Source: Eledone cirrhosa
Taxonomy: Eukaryota
Direction: 5' to 3'
NCBI GenBank assembly: GCA_964016885.1
Contig: OZ024744.1
Span: forward strand, 110,732,001 to 110,796,000
Length of the DNA stretch: 64,000 bases
Part shown: in pieces, positions 31,201 through 46,860 of the stretch
Numbering within the stretch: position 1 is the first letter of the stretch
Layout: each line of letters opens with the position of its first letter
Made by a program: the position numbers and the translations under genes
Notes under the pieces: model-generated
Database searches by the model: none
What the model saw: the letters and a program-made list of their open reading frames with translations, nothing else
Told to the model about the DNA's origin: nothing

Positions 31201-34200
31201 AGTAAAACTACACAATCCACTATAACTTACCTTGCCCTGAACACAGTAAAACTAAACAATCCACTATAACTTACATTGCCCTGAACACAGTAAAACTAAA
31301 CAAAACACTATAAATTACCTTGCCCTGAACACAGTAAAATTACACAATCCACTATAGTTTACCTTGCCCTGAACACAGTAAAACTACACAATCCACTATA
31401 AATTACCTTGCCCTGAACACAGTAAAACTACACAATCCACTATAACTTGCCTTGCCCTGAACACAGTAAAACTACTTAATTCACTATAACTTACCTTGCC
31501 CTGAACACAGTAAAACTACACAATACACGATAACTTAACTGGCCCTGAACACAGTAAAACTACACAATCCATAATAAGTTACCTTACTCTGAACAGAGTA
31601 AAACTACACAATCCACTATACCTTACCTTGCCCTGAAAACAGTAAAACTACACAATCCACTATAGCTTACCTTGCCCTGAACACATTAAAACTACACAAT
31701 CCACTATAACTTACCTTGCCCTGAACAAAGTAAAACTACACAATCCACTATAAATTACCTTACCCAGAACACAGTAAAACTACACAATCCACTATAACTT
31801 ACCTTGCCCTGAACACATTAAAACTATACAATCCACGATAACTTACCTTGCCCTGTACACAGTAAAACAACACAATCCACTATAAATTACCTTACCCTGA
31901 ACACAGTAAAACTACACAATCCACTATAACTTACTTTGCCCTGAACCCAGTAAAACTACACAATCCACTATAAATAACCTTGCCCTGAACACAATAAAAC
32001 TACACAATCCACTATAACTTACTTTGCCATGAACACAGTAAAACTATACAATCCACTATAACTTACTTTGCCATGAACACAGTAAAACTAAACAATCCAC
32101 TATAACTTACCTTGCCATGAACACAGTAAAACTACACAATCCACTCTAACTTAACTGGCCCTGAACACTGTAAAACTACACAATCCACTATAACTGAACT
32201 GGCCCTGAACACAGTAAAACTAAACAATCCACTATAAGTTACCTTGCTCTGAACACACTAAAACTACACAATCCACTATAACTTACTTTGCCCTGAACAC
32301 AGTAAAATTACACAATCCACTATAACTTAACTGGCCCTGAACACAGTAAAACTACACAATCCACTATAGCTTACCTTGCCCTGAAAACAGTAAAACTACA
32401 CAATCCACTATAGCTTACCTTGCCCTGAACACATTAAAACTACACAATCCACTATAACTTACCTTGCCCTGAACACAGTAAAACTACACAATCCACTATA
32501 AATTACCTTACCCAGAACACAGTAAAACTACACAATCCACTATAACTTACCTTGCCCTGAACACATTAAAACTATACAATCCACGATAACTTACCTTGCC
32601 CTGAACACAGTAAAAAAACACAATCCACTATAAATTACCTTACCCTGAACACAGTAAAACTACACAATCCACTATAACTTACTTTGCCCTGAACACAGTA
32701 AAACTACACAAACCACTATAACTTACCTTGCCCCGAAAACAATAAAACTACACAATCCACTATAAATTACCTTGCCCTGAAAACAGTAAAACTACACAAT
32801 CCACTATAAATTACCTTGCCCTGAACACAGTAAAACTACACAATCCACTATAACTTACTTTGCCATGAACACAGTAAAACTAAATAATCCACTATAACTT
32901 ACCTTGCCCTGAACACAGTAAAACTACACAAACCACTATAATTGAACTGGCCCTGAACACAGTAAAACTACACAATCCACTATAACTTAACTGGCCCTGA
33001 ACACAGTAAAACTACACAATCCACTATAACTTACCTTGCTCTGAACACAGTAAAACTACACAATCCACTATAACTTAACTGGCCCTGAACACAGTAAAAC
33101 TACACAATCCACTATAACTTACCTTGCCCTGAACACAGTAAAACTAAACAATCCACTATAACTTACATTGCCCTGAACACAGTAAAACTAAACAAACCAC
33201 TATAAATTACCTTGCCCTGAACACAGTAAAATTACACAATCCACTATAGTTTACCTTGCCCTGAACACAGTAAAACTACACAATCCACTATAAATTACCT
33301 TGCCCTGAACACAGTAAAACTACACAATCCACTATAACTTGCCTTGCCCTGAACACAGTAAAACTACTTAATTCACTATCACTTACCTTGCCCTGAACAC
33401 AGTAAAACTACACAATACACTATACCTAACCTTGCCCTGAACACAGTAAAACTACACAATCCACTATAAATTACCTTGCTCTAAACACAGTAAAGCTAGA
33501 CAATCCACTATAACTTACCTTGCCCTGAACACAGTAAAACTACACAATCCACTATAACTTAACTGGCCCTGAACACAGTAAAACTACACAATCCACTATA
33601 ACTTAACTGGCCCTGAACACAGTAAAACTACACAATCCACTATATCTAAACCTTGCTCTGAACACAGGAAAACTACACAATCCACTATAACTTAACTGGC
33701 CCTGAACACACTAAACTACAGAATCCACTATAACTTAACTGACCCTGAACACAGTAAAACTACACAATCCACTATAAGTTACCTTGCTCTGAACACAGGA
33801 AAACTACACAATCCACTATAACTTAACTGGCCCTGAACACTGTAAAACTACACAATCCACTATAACTGAACTGGCCCTGAACACAGTAAAACTACACAAT
33901 CCACTATAACTTAACTGGCCCTGAACACAGTAAAACTACACAATGCACTATAACTAAACTGGCCCTGAACACACTAAACTACAGAATCCACTATAACTTA
34001 CCTTGCTCTGAACACAGGAAAACTAAACAATCCACTATAACTTAACTAGCCCTGAACACTGTAAAACTACACAATCCACTATAACTGAACTGGCCCTGAA
34101 CACAGTAAAACTAAACAATCCACTATAAATTACCTTGCTCTGAACACAGTAAAACTACACAATCCACTATAACTTACTTTGCCCTGAACACAGTAAAACT

Positions 34201-36127
34201 ACACAAACAACTATAAATTACCTTACCCTGAAAACAGTAAAACTACACTATCCACTATGAATTACCTTGCCCTGAAAACAGTAAAACTTCACAATCCACT
34301 ATACATTACCTTGCCCTGAACACACTAAAACTACACAATCCACTATAAATTACTTTGCTCTGAACACAGTAAAATTACACAATCCACTATAACTTAACTG
34401 TCCCTGAACACAGTAAAACTACACAATCCACTATAGCTTACCTTGCCCTGAAAACAGTAAAACTACACAATCCACTATAGCTTACCTTGCCCTGAACACA
34501 GTAAAACTAAACAATCCACTATAACTTACCTTGCCCTGAACACAGTAAAACTACACGATCCACTATAAATTACCTTACCCAGAACACAGTAAAACTACAC
34601 AATCCACTATAACTTACCTTGCCCTGAACACAGTAAAACAACACAATCCACTATAAATTACCTTACCCTGAACACAGTAAAACTACACAATCCACTATAA
34701 CTTACTTTGCCCTGAACACAGTAAAACTACACAAACCACTATAACTTACCTTGCCCCGAAAACAATAAAACTACACAATCCACTATAAATTACCTTGCCC
34801 TGAAAACAGTAAAACTACACAATCCACTATAAATTACCTTGCCCTGAACACAGTAAAACTACACAATCCACTATAACTTACTTTGCCATGAACACAGTAA
34901 AACTAAACAATCCACTATATCTTACCTTGCCCTGAACACAGTAAAACTACACAATCCACTATAACTGAACTGGCCCTGAACACAGTAAAACTACACAATC
35001 CACTACAACTTAATTGGCCCTGAACACAGTAAAACTACACAATCCACTATAACTTAACTGGCCCTGAACACAGTGAAACTACACAATCCACTATAACTTA
35101 CCTTGCTCTGAACACAGTAAAACTACACAATCCACTATAACTTAACTCGCCCTGAACACAGTAAAACTACACAATCCACTATAACTTACCTTGCCCTGAA
35201 CACAGTAAAACTAAACAATCCACTATAACTTACATTGCCCTGAACACAGTAAAACTAAACAAAACACTATAAATTACCTTGCCCTGAACACAGTAAAATT
35301 ACACAATCCACTATAGTTTACCTTGCCCTGAACACAGTAAAACTACACAATCCACTATAAATTACCTTGCCCTGAACACAGTAAAACTACACAATCCACT
35401 ATAACTTGCCTTGCCCTGAACACAGTAAAACTACTTAATTCACTATAACTTACCTTGCCCTGAACACAGTAAAACTACACAATACACGATAACTTAACTG
35501 GCCCTGAACACAGTAAAACTACACAATCCATAATAAGTTACCTTACTCTGAACAGAGTAAAACTACACAATCCACTATACCTTACCTTGCCCTGAAAACA
35601 GTAAAACTACACAATCCACTATAGCTTACCTTGCCCTGAACCCAGTAAAACTACACAATCCACTATAACTTACCTTGCCCTGAACAAAGTAAAACTACAC
35701 AATCCACTATAAATTACCTTACCCAGAACACAGTAAAACTACACAATCCACTATAACTTACCTTGCCCTGAACACATTAAAACTATACAATCCACGATAA
35801 CTTACCTTGCCCTGTACACAGTAAAACAACACAATCCACTATAAATTACCTTACCCTGAACACAGTAAAACTACACAATCCACTATAACTTACTTTGCCC
35901 TGAACCCAGTAAAACTACACAATCCACTATAAATAACCTTGCCCTGAACACAGTAAAACTACACAATCCACTATAACTTACTTTGCCATGAACACAGTAA
36001 AACTACACAATCCACTATAACTTACTTTGCCATGAACACAGTAAAACTAAACAATCCACTATAACTTACCTTGCCATGAACACAGTAAAACTACACAATC
36101 CACTCTAACTTAACTGGCCCTGAACAC
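28206..36127 (+). repeat. 90-monomer tandem duplication (3,959 bp x2), near-identical copies
   Basis: gtaaaaaaac 28651/32610, cacttacc preceded by tat 29421/33380, atatctaaac 29683/33642, acaatgcact 29981/33940 and caatacacga 31521/35480 are all +3959 (90x44-1). Confidence 0.94.
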
Positions 36128-38540
36128 AGTAAAACTACACAATCCACTATAACTTAATTGGCCCTGAACACAGTAAAACTACACAATCCACTATAACTTA
36201 ACTGGCCCTGAACACAGTAAAACTACACAATCCACTATAACTTACCTTGCTCTGAACACAGTAAAACTACACAATCCACTATAACTTAACTGGCCCTAAA
36301 CACAGTAAAACTACACAATCCACTATAACTTACCTTGCCCTGAACACAGTAAAACTAAACAATCCACTATAACTTACATTGCCCTGAACACAGTAAAACT
36401 AAACAAACCACTATAAATTACCTTGCCCTGAACACAGTAAAATTACACAATCCACTATAGTTTACCTTGCCCTGAACACAGTAAAACTACACAATCCACT
36501 ATAAATTACCTTGCCCTGAACACAGTAAAACTACACAATCCACTATAACTTGCCTTGCCCTGAACACAGTAAAACTACTTAATTCACTATAACTTACCTT
36601 GCCCTGAACACAGTAAAACTACACAATACACTATACCTAACCTTGCCCTGAACACAGTAAAACTACACAATCCACTATAACTTACCTTGCTCTGAACACA
36701 GTAAAACTACACAATCCACTATACCTTACCTTGCCCTTAACACAGTAAAACTACACAATCCACTATAACTTAACTGGCCCTGAACACAGTAAACTACAGA
36801 ATCCACTATAACTTACCTTGCCCAGAACAAATTAAAACTATGTAATCCACTATAGCTTACCTTGCCCTGAACACAGTAAAACTACACAATCCACTATAGC
36901 TTACCTTGCCCTGAACACAGTAAAACTACGTGATCCACTATAACTTACCTTGCCCTGAACACAGTAAAACTACACAATCCACTATAACTTACCTTGCCCT
37001 GAACACAGTAAACTACAGAATCCACTATAACTTACCTTACCCAGAACAAAGTAAAACTATGTAATCCACTATAACTTATGTTGCCCTGAACACAGTAAAA
37101 CTACACAATCCACTATAGCTTACCTTGCCCTGAACACATTAAAACTACACAATCCACTATAACTTACCTTGCCCTGAACAAAGTAAAACTACACAATCCA
37201 CTATAAATTACCTTACCCAGAACACAGTAAAACTACACAATCCACTATAACTTACCTTGCCCTGAACACATTAAAACTATACAATCCACGATAACTTACC
37301 TTGCTCTGTACACAGTAAAACAACACAATCCACTATAAATTACCTTACCCTGAACACAGTAAAACTACACAATCCACTATAACTTACTTTGCCCTGAACC
37401 CAGTAAAACTACACAATCCACTATAAATAACCTTGCCCTGAACACAGTAAAACTACACAATCCACTATAACTTACTTTGCCATGAACACAGTAAAACTAC
37501 ACAATCCACTATAACTTACTTTGCCATGAACACAGTAAAACTAAACAATCCACTATAACTTACCTTGCCATGAACACAGTAAAACTACACAATCCACTCT
37601 AACTTAACTGGCCCTGAACACAGTAAAACTACACAATCCACTATAACTTAATTGGCCCTGAACACAGTAAAACTACACAATCCACTATAACTTAACTGGC
37701 CCTGAACACAGTAAAACTACACAATCCACTATAACTTACCTTGCTCTGAACACAGTAAAACTACACAATCCACTATAACTTAACTGGCCCTAAACACAGT
37801 AAAACTACACAATCCACTATAACTTACCTTGCCCTGAACACAGTAAAACTAAACAATCCACTATAACTTACCTTGCCCTGAACACAGTAAAATTACACAA
37901 TCCACTATAGTTTACCTTGCCCTGAACACAGTAAAACTACACAATCCACTATAAATTACCTTGCCCTGAACACAGTAAAACTACACAATCCACTATAACT
38001 TGCCTTGCCCTGAACACAGTAAAACTACTTAATTCACTATAACTTACCTTGCCCTGAACACAGTAAAACTACACAATACACTATACCTAACCTTGCCCTG
38101 AACACAGTAAAACTACACAATCCACTATAACTTACCTTGCTCTGAACACAGTAAAACTACACAATCCACTATACCTTACCTTGCCCTTAACACAGTAAAA
38201 CTACACAATCCACTATAACTTAACTGGCCCTGAACACAGTAAACTACAGAATCCACTATAACTTACCTTGCCCAGAACAAATTAAAACTATGTAATCCAC
38301 TATAGCTTACCTTGCCCTGAACACAGTAAAACTACACAATCCACTATAGCTTACCTTGCCCTGAACACAGTAAAACTATGTGATCCACTATAACTTACCT
38401 TGCCCTGAACACAGTAAAACTACACAATCCACTATAACTTACCTTGCCCTGAACACAGTAAACTACAGAATCCACTATAACTTACCTTGCCCAGAACAAA
38501 GTAAAACTATGTAATCCACTATAACTTATGTTGCCCTGAA
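35640..38540 (+). repeat. 33-34-monomer tandem duplication (1,450-1,494 bp), with a further copy at about 40.1-41.6 kb
   Basis: aaataacc 35931/37425 (+1494) and 40413; ttgccctt 36731/38181 (+1450) and 41213. The second copy lacks one monomer near 37860. Confidence 0.88.
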
Positions 38541-41500
38541 CACAGTAAAATTACACAATCCACTATAGCTTACCTTGCCCCGAAAACAGTAAAACTACAC
38601 AATCCACTATAACTTACCTTGCCCTGATCATAGTAAAACTACACAATCACTATAACTTTTTCTGCCCTGAACACAGTAAAACTACACGAACCACTATAAA
38701 TTACCTTGCTCTAAACACAGTAACGCTAGACAATCCACTATAACTTACCTTGCCCTGAACACAGCAAAACTACAAAATCCACTATAACTTACTTTGCCAT
38801 GAACACAGTAAAACTAAACAATCCACTATAACTTAACTGGCCCGGAACACACTAATCTACAGAATCCACTATAACTTACCTTGCTCTGAACACAGGAAAA
38901 CTACACAATCCACTATAACTGAACTGGCCCTGAACACAGTAAAACTACACAATCCACTATAGCTTACCTTGCCCTGAAAACAGTAAAACTACACAATCCA
39001 CTATAGCTTACCTTGCCCTGAACACAGTAAAACTACACAATCCACTATAACTTACCTTGCCCTGAACACAGTAAAACTACACGATCCACTATAAATTACC
39101 TTACCCAGAACACAGTAAAACTACACAATCCACTATAACTTACCTTGCCCTGAACACAGTAAAACAACACAATCCACTATAAATTACCTTACCCTGAACA
39201 CAGTAAAACTACACAATCCACTATAACTTACTTTGCCCTGAACACAGTAAAACTACACAAACCACTATAACTTACCTTGCCCCGAAAACAATAAAACTAC
39301 ACAATCCACTATAAATTACCTTGCCCTGAAAACAGTAAAACTACACAATCCACTATAAATTACCTTGCCCTGAACACAGTAAAACTACACAATCCACTAT
39401 AACTTACTTTGCCATGAACACAGTAAAACTAAACAATCCACTATATCTTACCTTGCCCTGAACACAGTAAAACTACACAATCCACTACAACTTAATTGGC
39501 CCTGAACACAGTAAAACTACACAATCCACTATAACTTAACTGGCCCTGAACACAGTAAAACTACACAATCCACTATAACTTACCTTGCTCTGAACACAGT
39601 AAAACTACACAATCCACTATAACTTAACTCGCCCTGAACACAGTAAAACTACACAATCCACTATAACTTACCTTGCCCTGAACACAGTAAAACTAAACAA
39701 TCCACTATAACTTACATTGCCCTGAACACAGTAAAACTAAACAAACCACTATAAATTACCTTGCCCTGAACACAGTAAAATTACACAATCCACTATAGTT
39801 TACCTTGCCCTGAACACAGTAAAACTACACAATCCACTATAAATTACCTTGCCCTGAACACAGTAAAACTACACAATCCACTATAACTTGCCTTGCCCTG
39901 AACACAGTAAAACTACTTAATTCACTATAACTTACCTTGCCCTGAACACAGTAAAACTACACAATACACTATAACTTAACTGGCCCTGAACACAGTAAAA
40001 CTACACAATCCATAATAAGTTACCTTGCTCTGAACAGAGTAAAACTACACAATCCACTATACCTTACCTTGCCCTGAAAACAGTAAAACTACACAATCCA
40101 CTATAGCTTACCTTGCCCTGAACACATTAAAACTACACAATCCACTATAACTTACCTTGCCCTGAACAAAGTAAAACTACACAATCCACTATAAATTACC
40201 TTACCCAGAACACAGTAAAACTACACAATCCACTATAACTTACCTTGCCCTGAACACATTAAAACTATACAATCCACGATAACTTACCTTGCCCTGTACA
40301 CAGTAAAACAACACAATCCACTATAAATTACCTTACCCTGAACACAGTAAAACTACACAATCCACTATAACTTACTTTGCCCTGAACCCAGTAAAACTAC
40401 ACAATCCACTATAAATAACCTTGCCCTGAACACAGTAAAACTACACAATCCACTATAACTTACTTTGCCATGAACACAGTAAAACTACACAATCCACTAT
40501 AACTTACTTTGCCATGAACACAGTAAAACTAAACAATCCACTATAACTTACCTTGCCATGAACACAGTAAAACTACACAATCCACTCTAACTTAACTGGC
40601 CCTGAACACAGTAAAACTACACAATCCACTATAACTTAATTGGCCCTGAACACAGTAAAACTACACAATCCACTATAACTTAACTGGCCCTGAACACAGT
40701 AAAACTACACAATCCACTATAACTTACCTTGCTCTGAACACAGTAAAACTACACAATCCACTATAACTTAACTGGCCCTAAACACAGTAAAACTACACAA
40801 TCCACTATAACTTACCTTGCCCTGAACACAGTAAAACTAAACAATCCACTATAATTTACATTGCCCTGAACACAGTAAAACTAAACAAACCACTATAAAT
40901 TACCTTGCCCTGAACACAGTAAAATTACACAATCCACTATAGTTTACCTTGCCCTGAACACAGTAAAACTACACAATCCACTATAAATTACCTTGCCCTG
41001 AACACAGTAAAACTACACAATCCACTATAACTTGCCTTGCCCTGAACACAGTAAAACTACTTAATTCACTATAACTTACCTTGCCCTGAACACAGTAAAA
41101 CTACACAATACACTATACCTAACCTTGCCCTGAACACAGTAAAACTACACAATCCACTATAACTTACCTTGCTCTGAACACAGTAAAACTACACAATCCA
41201 CTATACCTTACCTTGCCCTTAACACAGTAAAACTACACAATCCACTATAACTTAACTGGCCCTGAACACAGTAAACTACAGAATCCACTATAACTTACCT
41301 TGCCCAGAACAAATTAAAACTATGTAATCCACTATAGCTTACCTTGCCCTGAACACAGTAAAACTACACAATCCACTATAGCTTACCTTGCGCTGAACAC
41401 AGTAAAACTACGTGATCCACTATAACTTACCTTGCCCTGAACACAGTAAAACTACACAATCCACTATAACTTACCTTGCCCTGAACACAGTAAACTACAG

Positions 41501-43629
41501 AATCCACTATAACTTACCTTGCCCAGAACAAAGTAAAACTATGTAATCCACTATAACTTATGTTGCCCTGAACACAGTAAAATTACACAATCCACTATAG
41601 CTTACCTTGCCCCGAAAACAGTAAAACTACACAATCCACTATAACTTACCTTGCCCTGATCACAGTAAAACTACACAATCACTATAACTTTTTCTGCCCT
41701 GAACACAGTAAAACTACACGAACCACTATAAATTACCTTGCTCTAAACACAGTAACGCTAGACAATCCACTATAACTTACCTTGCCCTGAACACAGCAAA
41801 ACTACAAAATCCCCTATAACTTAACTGGCCCTGAACACAGTAAAACTACACAATCCACTATAACTTAACTGGCCCGGAACACACTAATCTACAGAATCCA
41901 CTATAACTTACCTTGCTCTGAACACAGGAAAACTACACAATCCACTATAACTGAACTGGCCCTGAACACAGTAAAACTACACAATCCACTATAACTTAAT
42001 TGGCCCTGAACACAGTAAAACTACACAGTCCACTATAACTTAACTGGCCCTGAACACAGTAAAACTACACAATCCACTATAACTTACCTTGCTCTGAACA
42101 CAGTAAAACTACACAATCCACTATACATTACCTTGCCCTGAACACACTAAAACTACACAATCCACTATAACTTACTTTGCCCTGAACACAGTAAAACTAC
42201 ACAATCCATAATAAGTTACCTTGCTCTGAACAGAGTAAAACTACACAATCCACTATACCTTACCTTGCCCTGAAAACAGTAAAACTACACAATCCACTAT
42301 AGCTTACCTTGCCCTGAACACATTAAAACTACACAATCCACTATAACTTACCTTGCCCTGAACAAAGTAAAACTACACAATCCACTATAAATTACCTTAC
42401 CCAGAACACAGTAAAACTACACAATCCACTATAACTTACCTTGCCCTGAACACATTAAAACTATACAATCCACGATAACTTACCTTGCCCTGAACACAGT
42501 AAAATTACACAATCCACTATAGCTTACCTTGCCCCGAAAACAGTAAAACTACACAATCCACTATAACTTACCTTGCCCTGATCACAGTAAAACTACACAA
42601 TCACTATAACTTTTTTTGCCCTGAACACAGTAAAACTACACAAACCACTATAAATTTCCTTGCTCTAAACACAGTAAAGCTAGACAATCCACTATAACTT
42701 ACCTTGCCCTGAACACAGTAAAACTACACAATGCACTATAACTTAACTGGCCCTGAACACACTAATCTACAGAATCCACTATAACTTACCTTGCTCTGAA
42801 CACAGGAAAACTACACAATCCACTATAACTTAACTGGCCCTGAACACAGTAAAACTACACAATCCACTATAACTAAACTGGCCCTGAACACACTAAACTA
42901 CAGAATCCACTATAACTTACCTCGCTCTGAACACAGGAAAACTAAACAATCCACTATAACTTAACTAGCCCTGAACACTGTAAAACTACACAATCCACTA
43001 TAACTGAACTGGCCCTGAACACAGTAAAACTAAACAATCCACTATAAGTTACCTTGCTCTGAACACAGTAAAACTACACAATCCACTATAACTTACTTTG
43101 CCCTGAACACAGTAAAACTACACAAACAACTATAAATCACCTTACCCTGAAAACAGTAAAACTACACTATCCACTATGAATTACCTTGCCCTGAAAACAG
43201 TAAAACTTCACAATCCACTATACATTACCTTGCCCTGAACACACTAAAACTACACAATCCACTATAACTTACTTTGCTCTGAACACAGTAAAATTACACA
43301 ATCCACTATAACTTAACTGGCCCTGAACACAGTAAAACTACACAATCCACTATAGCTTACCTTGCCCTGAAAACAGTAAAACTACACAATCCACTATAGC
43401 TTACCTTGCCCTGAACACATTAAAACTACACAATCCACTATAACTTACCTTGCCCTGAACACAGTAAAACTACACGATCCACTATAAATTACCTTCCCCA
43501 GAACACAGTAAAACTACACAATCCACTATAACTTACCTTGCCCTGAACACATTAAAACTATACAATCCACGATAACTTACCTTGCCCTGAACACAGTAAA
43601 ACAACACAATCCACTATAAATTACCTTAC

Positions 43630-46600
43630 CCTGAACACAGTAAAACTACACAATCCACTATAACTTACTTTGCCCTGAACACAGTAAAACTACACAAACC
43701 ACTATAACTTACCTTGCCCCGAAAACAATAAAACTACACAATCCACTATAAATTACCTTGCCCTGAAAACAGTAAAACTACACAATCCACTATAAATTAC
43801 CTTGCCCTGAACACAGTAAAACTACACAATCCACTATAACTTACTTTGCCATGAACACAGTAAAACTAAACAATCCACTATAACTTACCTTGCCCTGAAC
43901 ACAGTAAAACTACACAATCCACTATAACTGAACTGGCCCTGAACACAGTAAAACTACACAATCCACTACAACTTAATTGGCCCTGAACACAGTAAAACTA
44001 CACAATCCACTATAACTTAACTGGCCCTGAACACAGTAAAACTACACAATCCACTATAACTTACCTTGCTCTGAACACAGTAAAACTACACAATCCACTA
44101 TAACTTAACTGGCCCTGAACACAGTAAAACTACACAATCCACTATAACTTACCTTGCCCTGAACACAGTAAAACTAAACAATCCACTATAACTTACATTG
44201 CCCTGAACACAGTAAAACTAAACAAACCACTATAAATTACCTTGCCCTGAACACAGTAAAACTACACAATCCACTATAAATTACCTTGCCCTGAACACAG
44301 TAAAACTACACAATCCTCTATAACTTGCCTTGCCCTGAACACAGTAAAACTACTTAAGTCACTATAACTTACCTTGCCCTGAACACAGTAAAACTACACA
44401 ATACACTATACCTAACCTTGCCCTGAACACAGTAAAACTACACAATCCACTATAAATTACCTTGCTCTAAACACAGTAAAGCTAGACAATCCACTATAAA
44501 TTACCTTGCCCTGAACACAGTAAAACTACACAATCCACTATAACTTAACTGGCCCTGAACCCAGTAAAACTACACAATCCACTATAACTTAACTGGCCCT
44601 GAACACAGTAAAACTACACAATCCACTATATCTAAACCTTGCTCTGAACACAGGAAAATTACACAATCCACTATAACTTAACTGGCCCTGAACACACTAA
44701 ACTACAGAATCCACTATAACTTAACTGACCCTGAACACAGTAAAACTACACAATCCACTATAAGTTACCTTGCTCTGAACACAGGAAAACTACACAATCC
44801 ACTATAACTTAACTGGCCCTGAACACTGTAAAACTACACAATCCACTATAACTGAACTGGCCCTGAACACAGTAAAACTACACAATCCACTATAAGTTAC
44901 CTTGCTCTGAACACAGTAAAACTACACAATCCACTATAACTTACTTTGCCCTGAACACAGTAAAACTACACAAACAACTATAAATTACCTTACCCTGAAC
45001 ACAGTAAAACTACACGATCCACTATAACTTACTTTGCCCTGAACACAGTAACACTACACAAACCACTATAACTTACCTTGCCCTGAAAACAGTAAAACTA
45101 CACTATCCACTATGAATTACCTTGCCCTGAAAACAGTAAAACTTCACGATCCACTATACATTACCTTGCCCTGAACACACTAAAACTACACAATCCACTA
45201 TAACTTACTTTGCCCTGAACACAGTAAAACTACACAATCCACTATAACTTAACTGGCCCTGAACACAGTAAAACTACACAATCCATAATAAGTTACCTTG
45301 CTCTGAACAGAGTAAAACTACACAAACCACTATAACTTACCTTGCCCTGAAAACAATAAAACTACACAATCCACTATAGCTTACCTTGCCCTGAACACAT
45401 TAAAACTACACAATCCACTATAACTTACCTTACCCTGAACACAGTAAAACTACACAATCCACTATAACTTACTTTGCCCTGAATACAGTAAAACTACACA
45501 AACCACTATAACTTACCTTGCCCCGAAAACAATAAAACTACACAATCCACTATAAATTACCTTGCCCTGAAAACAGTAAAACTACACAATCCACTATAAA
45601 TTACCTTGCCCTGAACACAGTAAAACTACACAATCCACTATAACTTACTTTGCCATGAACACAGTAAAACTAAACAATCCACTATAACTTACCTTGCCCT
45701 GAACACAGTAAAACTACACAATCCACTATAACTGAACTGGCCCTGAACACAGTAAAACTACACAATCCACTACAACTTAATTGGCCCTGAACACAGTAAA
45801 ACTACACAATCCACTATAACTTAACTGGCCCTGAACACAGTAAAACTACACAATCCACTATAACTTACCTTGCTCTGAACACAGTAAAACTACACAATCC
45901 ACTATAACTTAACTCGCCCTGAACACAGTAAAACTACACAATCCACTATAACTTACCTTGCCCTGAACACAGTAAAACTAAACAATCCACTATAACTTAC
46001 ATTGCCCTGAACACAGTAAAACTAAACAAACCACTATAAATTACCTTGCCCTGAACACAGTAAAATTACACAATCCACTATAGTTTACCTTGCCCTGAAC
46101 ACAGTAAAACTACACAATCCACTATAAATTACCTTGCCCTGAACACAGTAAAACTACACAATCCACTATAACTTGCCTTGCCCTGAACACAGTAAAACTA
46201 CTTAATTCACTATAACTTACCTTGCCCTGAACAAAGTAAAACTACACAATACACTACACCTAACCTTGCCCTGAACACAGTAAAACTACACAATCCACTA
46301 TGAATTACCTTGCTCTAAACACAGTAAAGCTAGACAATCCACTATAACTTACCTTGCCCTGAACACAGTAAAACTACACAATCCACTATAACTTAACTGG
46401 CCCTGAACACAGTAAAACTACACAATCCACTATAACTTAACTGGCCCTGAACACAGTAAAACTACACAATCCACTATATCTAAACCTTGCTCTGAACACA
46501 GGAAAACTACACAATCCACTATAACTTAACTGGCCCTGAACACACTAAACTACAGAATCCACTATAACTTAACTGACCCTGAACACAGTAAAACTACACA

Positions 46601-46860
46601 ATCCACTATAAGTTACCTTGCTCTGAACACAGGAAAACTACACAATCCACTATAACTTAACTGGCCCTGAACACTGTAAAACTACACAATCCACTATAAC
46701 TGAACTGGCCCTGAACACAGTAAAACTACACAATCCACTATAAGTTACTTTGCCCTGAACACAATAAAACTACACAAACAACTATAAATTACCTTACCCT
46801 GAACACAGTAAAACTACACGATCCACTATAACTTACTTTGCCCTGAACACAGTAAAACTA
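43630..46860 (+). repeat. 41-42-monomer imperfect tandem duplication (1,804-1,848 bp)
   Basis: ccccgaaaacaata 43717/45521 (+1804) and atatctaaac 44628/46476 (+1848). More private substitutions than in the other blocks. Confidence 0.75.
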
